From: Candidatus Omnitrophota bacterium
Lineage (GTDB): Bacteria; Omnitrophota; Gorgyraeia; 2-01-FULL-45-10
Length of the DNA: 64,000 bases
Direction of reading: 5' to 3'
NCBI GenBank assembly: GCA_017993955.1
Contig: JAGOLR010000004.1
Coordinates: 3,601-67,600, forward strand
Below the pieces are notes generated by a model. The model saw only the letters and a list, made by a program, of their open reading frames with translations, was not told the DNA's origin and did no database searches. A program made the position numbers and the translations under genes. Below, one piece after another: positions 58,425-64,000 of the stretch; the stretch's first letter is position 1, and each line of letters starts with the position of its first letter.

Positions 58425-59627
58425 ATGGATTTAAAAAAAAGAGCTATAGGTCTTATAATATCGTTTGGGCTTGTAAGCCTTTTCGGCGATATAGTGTATG
58501 AAGGCGCGCGCAGCGTAAACGGGCCCTATCTTAAACTCCTTGCGGTGAACGCGGCTGCATTAGGCGTAATATCAGGTCTCGGGGAATTCTTGGGATATGC
58601 CCTTCGTTTATTGTCGGGGTATATTTCCGACAAGACAAGGCATTATTGGCTCTTTACATTTTTAGGATATGCTTTGCTCGCAAGCATGCCTCTGCTGTCG
58701 CTTACCGGTGTATGGCAGACGGCCGCATTCCTTATAATATTGGAGCGCATAGGGAAGGCGGTTCGCAGTCCTGCCAGGGATACCATACTTTCACAAGCCA
58801 GTTTTAAAGTCGGGACCGGTTTTGGTTTCGGTCTTCATGAAGCGATGGATCAGGTCGGGGCCCTGGCGGGGCCCATTATCTTTGCGGCCTTTTTTACTAT
58901 CGCGGGCGGAGTAATCGGAATTTCGGATTATCATAAGGGCTACACATTTTTATGGATCCCTTTTTTAGCGGTCATGGTATGTCTCTTCTTCGCGTATCGC
59001 AGAGTTCCGCATCCGGAGTTACTGGAAACGGCCGCCAAAAACGATATCTCCGATAAACTTTCACCGGTCTTCTGGCTGTACACGGTTTTTACGTTTATAT
59101 CGACCTTGGGGTTCTGCAGTTTTATACTGATCGCATTTCATTTCAAATCCGCCGGAGTGCTTTCCGACGCGCAAATACCGATTTTTTATGCCATAGCTAT
59201 GGGAGTAGACGCAATAGCTGCTCTGGCGATAGGCAAATTATACGATATATTTAAAATGAAAAACGAAAATCGAAATGCGGGGCTAATCCTCTTGGCTGCG
59301 GTGCCTCTTCTCTCTATTTTTGTGCCTATTTTTGTTTTTTCGCGGAATATGAACTTCGTGGTTACCGGCGTGGTAATATGGGGTATCGTGATGGGTATAC
59401 AGGAGACCATAATGAGATCTGCCATCGCAGATATAACTTCTCTCAAAAGACGCGGCACAGGCTACGGTATATTTAACACTACATACGGGCTTGCCGTGTT
59501 CATTGGGAGTTCATTAATAGGTCTTATCTATGACCGATCCGTACATGCGATCATTCCGGCAGTTATCGTCATCGAGCTTGCCGCTATCGCGGTTTTTCTT
59601 GTAATGAATAGGCGGGCCGGTAGATAA
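58425..59627 (+). CDS. MFS transporter
   Basis: 12 predicted TM helices. Confidence 0.7.
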   Translation: MDLKKRAIGLIISFGLVSLFGDIVYEGARSVNGPYLKLLAVNAAALGVISGLGEFLGYALRLLSGYISDKTRHYWLFTFLGYALLASMPLLSLTGVWQTAAFLIILERIGKAVRSPARDTILSQASFKVGTGFGFGLHEAMDQVGALAGPIIFAAFFTIAGGVIGISDYHKGYTFLWIPFLAVMVCLFFAYRRVPHPELLETAAKNDISDKLSPVFWLYTVFTFISTLGFCSFILIAFHFKSAGVLSDAQIPIFYAIAMGVDAIAALAIGKLYDIFKMKNENRNAGLILLAAVPLLSIFVPIFVFSRNMNFVVTGVVIWGIVMGIQETIMRSAIADITSLKRRGTGYGIFNTTYGLAVFIGSSLIGLIYDRSVHAIIPAVIVIELAAIAVFLVMNRRAGR

Positions 59628-59926
59628 TGGGCGGACCGGCGAAAAAAAGATTCAAACGGTCGGGTGAATTTTACGTTTATATCGTCGAATGCTCGGACGG
59701 CACGTATTATACCGGCTATACGCCTCACGTAAGAAAAAGAGTAAAACTTCATAATACGGGAAGAGGCGCGAAATACACCCGTGACAGGAGGCCGGTTAAA
59801 CTGGTATGGTTCAAAAAATATAAGTATTTCAAAAGGGCGTTCAAAATGGAAATGGCTATTAAAAAGATGAGCCGTTCGCAAAAGGAAAAGCTGATTATAT
59901 ATTATAGGATATCCAGAAGAAAGTGA
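59627..59926 (+). CDS. GIY-YIG nuclease superfamily protein (UPF0213/YhbQ-like)
   Basis: FYVYIVECSDGTYYTGYT...R..H GIY-YIG motif; 99 aa. Confidence 0.75.
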   Translation: MGGPAKKRFKRSGEFYVYIVECSDGTYYTGYTPHVRKRVKLHNTGRGAKYTRDRRPVKLVWFKKYKYFKRAFKMEMAIKKMSRSQKEKLIIYYRISRRK

Positions 59927-59936
59927 AGGGCTGATA

Positions 59937-60698
59937 ATGAAACAATGGTATGAAGCATTATTTGAGAATTATGCGCGTAAATATGATAAGGAGCCATTTG
60001 TCCAAGGGACTGTGGGTGAATGTGATTTTATCGAAAAGGAGATCAATAGCGATAAATCCTTAAAAGTTATCGATATTGGCTGTGGTACCGGCCGCCATGC
60101 GATTGAACTGGCGAAGAGGGGATATGATGTGACCGGCGTTGATCTTTCCGAGAATCAGATCGAAAGAGCAAGGGAGAAGGCGCGAGAGGCAGGTTTGGCT
60201 ATCGACTTCCAAATGCAAGATGCCCGCAAACTTCCGTTTGACGGTGAATTTGATCTGGCGATTATGTTATGCGAAGGCGGGTTCTCTCTTATGGAAACGG
60301 ATGAGATGAACTTTGAGATCCTAAAGAGCGCAACGAAAGCGCTTAAAAGTAAAGGCAAATTTATCTTCACCACATTAAACGGATTGTTCCCGCTCTTTCA
60401 TTCTGTCAGCGAGTTCTATAAGTCGAACGAGAAAAAAGGCCAGTCTCAGTGTAAGGAGTGCTCCTTTGACCTCTTGACTTTCCGTGATTATAACACCGCG
60501 GTTATCGAGGACGATTCCGGCAATAAAAGGGAGCTTAAGTGTAACGAGCGCTATTACGTTCCGAGCGAGATAACATGGCTTTTAAAGACACTCGGATATA
60601 AAAAGATCGATATTTTTGGCGTAAAGCTCGGGGCTTACTCAAGGAATGATAAATTAAGTCCCGAATATTTTGAGATGCTAGTGGTTGCAGAAAGATAG
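59937..60698 (+). CDS. Class I SAM-dependent methyltransferase
   Basis: VIDIGCGTGRH motif I. Confidence 0.8.
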   Translation: MKQWYEALFENYARKYDKEPFVQGTVGECDFIEKEINSDKSLKVIDIGCGTGRHAIELAKRGYDVTGVDLSENQIERAREKAREAGLAIDFQMQDARKLPFDGEFDLAIMLCEGGFSLMETDEMNFEILKSATKALKSKGKFIFTTLNGLFPLFHSVSEFYKSNEKKGQSQCKECSFDLLTFRDYNTAVIEDDSGNKRELKCNERYYVPSEITWLLKTLGYKKIDIFGVKLGAYSRNDKLSPEYFEMLVVAER

Positions 60699-62204
60699 AT
60701 GAAAAAAATATTTGTTAAAACTTTTGGGTGTCAGGGTAATGCTCAGCCGGATTCTAAGCGGCGGTCCAATTTCTCGCTCGTTCCGAGCTCGAAATTGTCC
60801 TCGCCAGAATCCGGCATGACATCCAAATGTCCGCATGTATATATCAAGACATTTGGATGTCAGGCGAACGTCAGGGATTCGGAGTTTGTCGAAGGGATCC
60901 TGTTGGAACGCGGGTTCGCAAAGGCAAAGGACATTGAGGCTGCCGATGTTATTCTGTTCAATTCCTGTTCGGTAAGAAAACACGCAGAGGACAAGCTCTT
61001 CAGTAATATAGCCGAACTAAAATTCCTCAAAAAGAAGAACCCCAGGCTTATTATTGGTCTTATGGGATGCACCGCGCAGAATTATAAGTCCGAGGCATTA
61101 AAACGCGCTCCTCTAGTTGATTTTGCCTGCGGCCCGGGCAATGAGGCGGAGATACCCGATATATTAGCCGGAATAATAGATGACCGGTGCAGGGTGGTGG
61201 CTGTCGACAAGGTACATGCCCCCAGGCCTGAGCTATTCCCGAAATACCGGGAAGGCGATTTTAAGGCATATGTCTCGATAAGCGAAGGATGCGATAATTT
61301 CTGCTCATACTGCATAGTCCCGTATGTTCGCGGGCGTGAGAGATCGCGTAAAATGGGCGATATAGTGCGCGAGGTAAAGGACCTTGCGGAACGTGGGTTT
61401 AAAGAGATAACCCTCTTAGGGCAGAACGTCAACTCGTACGGACGTTCAGCGTATAGCGTAGAGCGCATAGCGCATATGAACGATAAAAAACTATCCGCTA
61501 AACGCTATCCGCTAAACGCTAAACACGGTGATTTTATCCATCTATTAGAGGCGCTCAACCGCATCAATGGTATCAAACGCATCCGATTCATGACGAGCCA
61601 TCCCAAAGATGCTACGGAAGACTTGTTCAAGGCTATGAGGGATCTTGATAAGGTATGCGAGCACCTGCATCTTCCGCTGCAATCCGGGTCTGACAGGATA
61701 TTGAAGCTTATGAATCGAGGATATACAAGCGGGAAATATATGCGTCTTGTGGATAGCTATAAAAAGGTCGTTCCCGGGGGCAGTATTACGAGCGATGTAG
61801 TGGTAGGATTCCCGACCGAAACGGATCGGGATTTTAAAAGAAGCTTGAAACTGATGGAAGAAGCCGGGTTTGACAGCACATTCCTCTTTAAATATTCACC
61901 CCGTCCTCCCGCAAAATCGGCTAAGCTTGTAGACGATGTATCCGAAAAAGTGAAGAAAGAGAGGCTGGACATATTGCTTAAGGCGCAATGCCGCATTTCC
62001 GAATCGCGAAATGCCGTTTTGGTAGGTAAGGTCGTAGAGATGCTGGTAGAAGGTAATAGCGATCGTTCTCCCGGCGCTTTGATCGGTAGGTCTAGGGAGA
62101 ATAAAAACATAATATGCAAGGCCTCGGATGAGATGATAGGCAAAATAATAAATGTGAAAGTCAATTCGGTTACGCCGTATGCCTTAAAGGGAGAGATCGT
62201 ATGA
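60699..62204 (+). CDS. miaB: tRNA-i6A37 methylthiotransferase MiaB; the N-terminal ~40 aa look like a diverged duplication, so the functional start may be the ATG near 60816
   Basis: UPF0004 motif TFGCQAN, radical SAM CxxxCxxC (CDNFCSYC), and a C-terminal TRAM domain. Confidence 0.85.
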   Translation: MKKIFVKTFGCQGNAQPDSKRRSNFSLVPSSKLSSPESGMTSKCPHVYIKTFGCQANVRDSEFVEGILLERGFAKAKDIEAADVILFNSCSVRKHAEDKLFSNIAELKFLKKKNPRLIIGLMGCTAQNYKSEALKRAPLVDFACGPGNEAEIPDILAGIIDDRCRVVAVDKVHAPRPELFPKYREGDFKAYVSISEGCDNFCSYCIVPYVRGRERSRKMGDIVREVKDLAERGFKEITLLGQNVNSYGRSAYSVERIAHMNDKKLSAKRYPLNAKHGDFIHLLEALNRINGIKRIRFMTSHPKDATEDLFKAMRDLDKVCEHLHLPLQSGSDRILKLMNRGYTSGKYMRLVDSYKKVVPGGSITSDVVVGFPTETDRDFKRSLKLMEEAGFDSTFLFKYSPRPPAKSAKLVDDVSEKVKKERLDILLKAQCRISESRNAVLVGKVVEMLVEGNSDRSPGALIGRSRENKNIICKASDEMIGKIINVKVNSVTPYALKGEIV

Positions 62205-63043
62205 AAAAAGTTATCGTTACGGTGCTGTCCCTGGCGCTTTTTAGCTGGCAGTCCCCAGCCTATGGCGATAACGGACGGCAAGGCTTTGAAGCCGTAGAGA
62301 AGATGTTCCTCCAGGATAGGTACGAGGAAGTCGTCGTAGCAGCGGATAGGCTCATAAGGGAAAGGTCATGCAGGAGTGGCGAGTTATATTACCTAAAGGG
62401 TTTAAGTGAGCTTAAAATTGGGCGCTATAATCGAGCCAGAGAAAGCTTCAATTCGGTATTGTGCGGAAGGGCAGACTCTTCCAAAAGGTTTGACGCTTAT
62501 ATCGGGATAGGGGATTCGTATTTTCTTGAGAACAAATTTGATATGGCGGTAAAGACTTATGAAGATATGCTGGTAATATTTCCGGACGAGCAAAACAGGG
62601 CCGCCGTTTATTATAGATTGAGCGATTGCTACGCGGGGAAAGGCGACTCCGGGAAGATGCAATATTATTTCGACTCCGCGAAGTTAGTTGCGCCCCTTGC
62701 CTTTGAGGCCGGTAAGGCGCCTGTTGCGAAGGTATCGGGGAAGATCGAAGAACCAAAGGCAGATAAATTTAATATGGGCGTAGAAAAGAAAGATACGGAT
62801 ATTAGGCGGATCTCCATACAGGTGGGATCTTTTAAGAGTAAGCCCAATGCCGAAAACTTCGCTTCGAAACTTGACGGCCAGGGATTCGACAGCCATACCG
62901 AGATCGCCCGGGTGGGTGGCGGCGCAGTTTATCGGGTCAGGGTGGGAAAGTTCAGCTCTAAGGATGAAGCCCGGGATACGGTAGCGCGATTAAAGAATCG
63001 CGGTTATACCGTAAAGATATGCGATGACGATGTATGCGAGTAA
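62201..63043 (+). CDS. TPR-repeat protein with C-terminal SPOR (peptidoglycan-binding) domain
   Basis: Signal peptide, TPR-like helices, and the SPOR motif RISIQVGSFKSKPNAENFASKL...VYRVRVGKF. Confidence 0.7.
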   Translation: MKKVIVTVLSLALFSWQSPAYGDNGRQGFEAVEKMFLQDRYEEVVVAADRLIRERSCRSGELYYLKGLSELKIGRYNRARESFNSVLCGRADSSKRFDAYIGIGDSYFLENKFDMAVKTYEDMLVIFPDEQNRAAVYYRLSDCYAGKGDSGKMQYYFDSAKLVAPLAFEAGKAPVAKVSGKIEEPKADKFNMGVEKKDTDIRRISIQVGSFKSKPNAENFASKLDGQGFDSHTEIARVGGGAVYRVRVGKFSSKDEARDTVARLKNRGYTVKICDDDVCE

Positions 63044-63975
63044 CCAAAGATAAGATAATTTTTATAGTAGGACCTACCGCTACAGGTAAGACCCGTCTTG
63101 GCATAAGGCTTGCCAGAAGATTACACTCTGAGATAATCTCCGCCGATTCGATGCAGATTTACAAGGGGATGAGTATTATAAGCCAGGCGCCTACCAAATT
63201 AGAACGAAGGCTTGTTAGGCATCATATGGTAGGGTTCGTAGATCCGATCGGAGAGTTTAGCGTCGCTCATTTTTGCAAGAAGGCCGTCCGTATTATAAAA
63301 TCCGCGCTAAGGAATAGGGATTCTGCTGTAGTGGTCGGAGGGAGCGGTCTTTATATCAAGGCCCTGATAGACGGTATATTTCCTTCGCCTGAAGCCGATC
63401 TGGCATATCGTGATAGATTGTATAAGTATGCCATCCGGAATGGCAGCCCCAAGCTCCACGAAAAACTTGAAACGATAGATCCCGAGTCTGCGGGCAAGAT
63501 ACATCCTAATGATACGCGCAGGATCGTGAGGGCCCTCGAGATATACCATTCGACCGGCAAGACCAAGACCGAACTTGTCGCCGAGACTAAGGGTCTGAAG
63601 GATGAATACGATGTATTCGTTTTCGGATTAAATAAGCCTCGCGAAAATCTATATTCGGATATAGAAGACCGGGTCGATAAGATCTTTAGCGAGGGCGCCG
63701 TCAGTGAGGTGAAGCGCCTTTTGAAAAAGGACCTTTCCAGGACCGCCTCGGCCATTCTCGGTTTCAAAGAGATATCCGGGCATTTAAACGGAGATTACGG
63801 TTTAGACGAGGCTAAGGAGTTGTTGGCCAAAAATACGCGCAATTTTGCAAAACGCCAGCTTACATGGTTCCGGGCTGATAAACGCATAAAATGGTTTGAT
63901 GTCAGCCGTTTAAGCGATGCGGAAATAATTAAAAAAATATTGAAGGAAGCAGGTATTAATAAGGATAAAAGATGA
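63034..63975 (+). CDS. miaA: tRNA dimethylallyltransferase MiaA
   Basis: P-loop GPTATGKT and the conserved SADSMQIYKGM motif. Confidence 0.9.
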   Translation: MRVTKDKIIFIVGPTATGKTRLGIRLARRLHSEIISADSMQIYKGMSIISQAPTKLERRLVRHHMVGFVDPIGEFSVAHFCKKAVRIIKSALRNRDSAVVVGGSGLYIKALIDGIFPSPEADLAYRDRLYKYAIRNGSPKLHEKLETIDPESAGKIHPNDTRRIVRALEIYHSTGKTKTELVAETKGLKDEYDVFVFGLNKPRENLYSDIEDRVDKIFSEGAVSEVKRLLKKDLSRTASAILGFKEISGHLNGDYGLDEAKELLAKNTRNFAKRQLTWFRADKRIKWFDVSRLSDAEIIKKILKEAGINKDKR

Positions 63976-64000
63976 GGGAAAAAGCGTTATTAGTGACTGT

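Noticed and set aside
1-64000. CRISPR arrays, IS elements/transposases, integrases, rRNA genes
   Set aside because: No regularly spaced direct repeats, no DDE/HTH transposase or tyrosine/serine recombinase motifs, and no rRNA-like conserved stretches were seen. The only mobile-type element recognised is the tRNA group I intron with its HNH gene.

Overview
This window is bacterial chromosomal DNA at about 48% GC. Genes are densely packed and mostly housekeeping, and there are no rRNA genes, CRISPR arrays or transposases. I call about 85 features. They include a CHASE2-GGDEF cyclase beside a radical-SAM/PilZ cluster, CorA, Tex, a TPP-riboswitch-controlled Thi4, and a PEP-CTERM protein with an ABC exporter. 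Further along are MsrAB, PEPCK, a DUF4912 plus two GH57 glycogen-type genes, two half-size TrkA genes with TrkH, PurF, GreA, a hexokinase, FeoAB, and MiaB next to MiaA. The most unusual object is a tRNA-Asn(GUU) gene on the minus strand at 15841-16506. It is split in the anticodon loop by a ~590-bp group I intron that carries a free-standing HNH homing-endonuclease ORF. Other points worth a second look are listed below.
- About 170 bp downstream of the tRNA there is a degenerate direct repeat of its 3' end.
- Two neighbouring minus-strand genes have matching terminator-like leader hairpins whose stems covary.
- The TPP riboswitch has an unusually long P3 insertion.
- A c-di-GMP-linked radical SAM / DUF362 / MBL / GNAT operon sits next to the diguanylate cyclase.
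- A family of AAAGTGTAAAG / TTTGCACT inverted-repeat intergenic elements lies in front of several plus-strand genes.
- The PurF-like enzyme has Ser in place of the N-terminal nucleophile Cys.
- The 5' end of miaB carries a diverged partial tandem duplication.
All calls rest on motif recognition by eye; no database searches were run.
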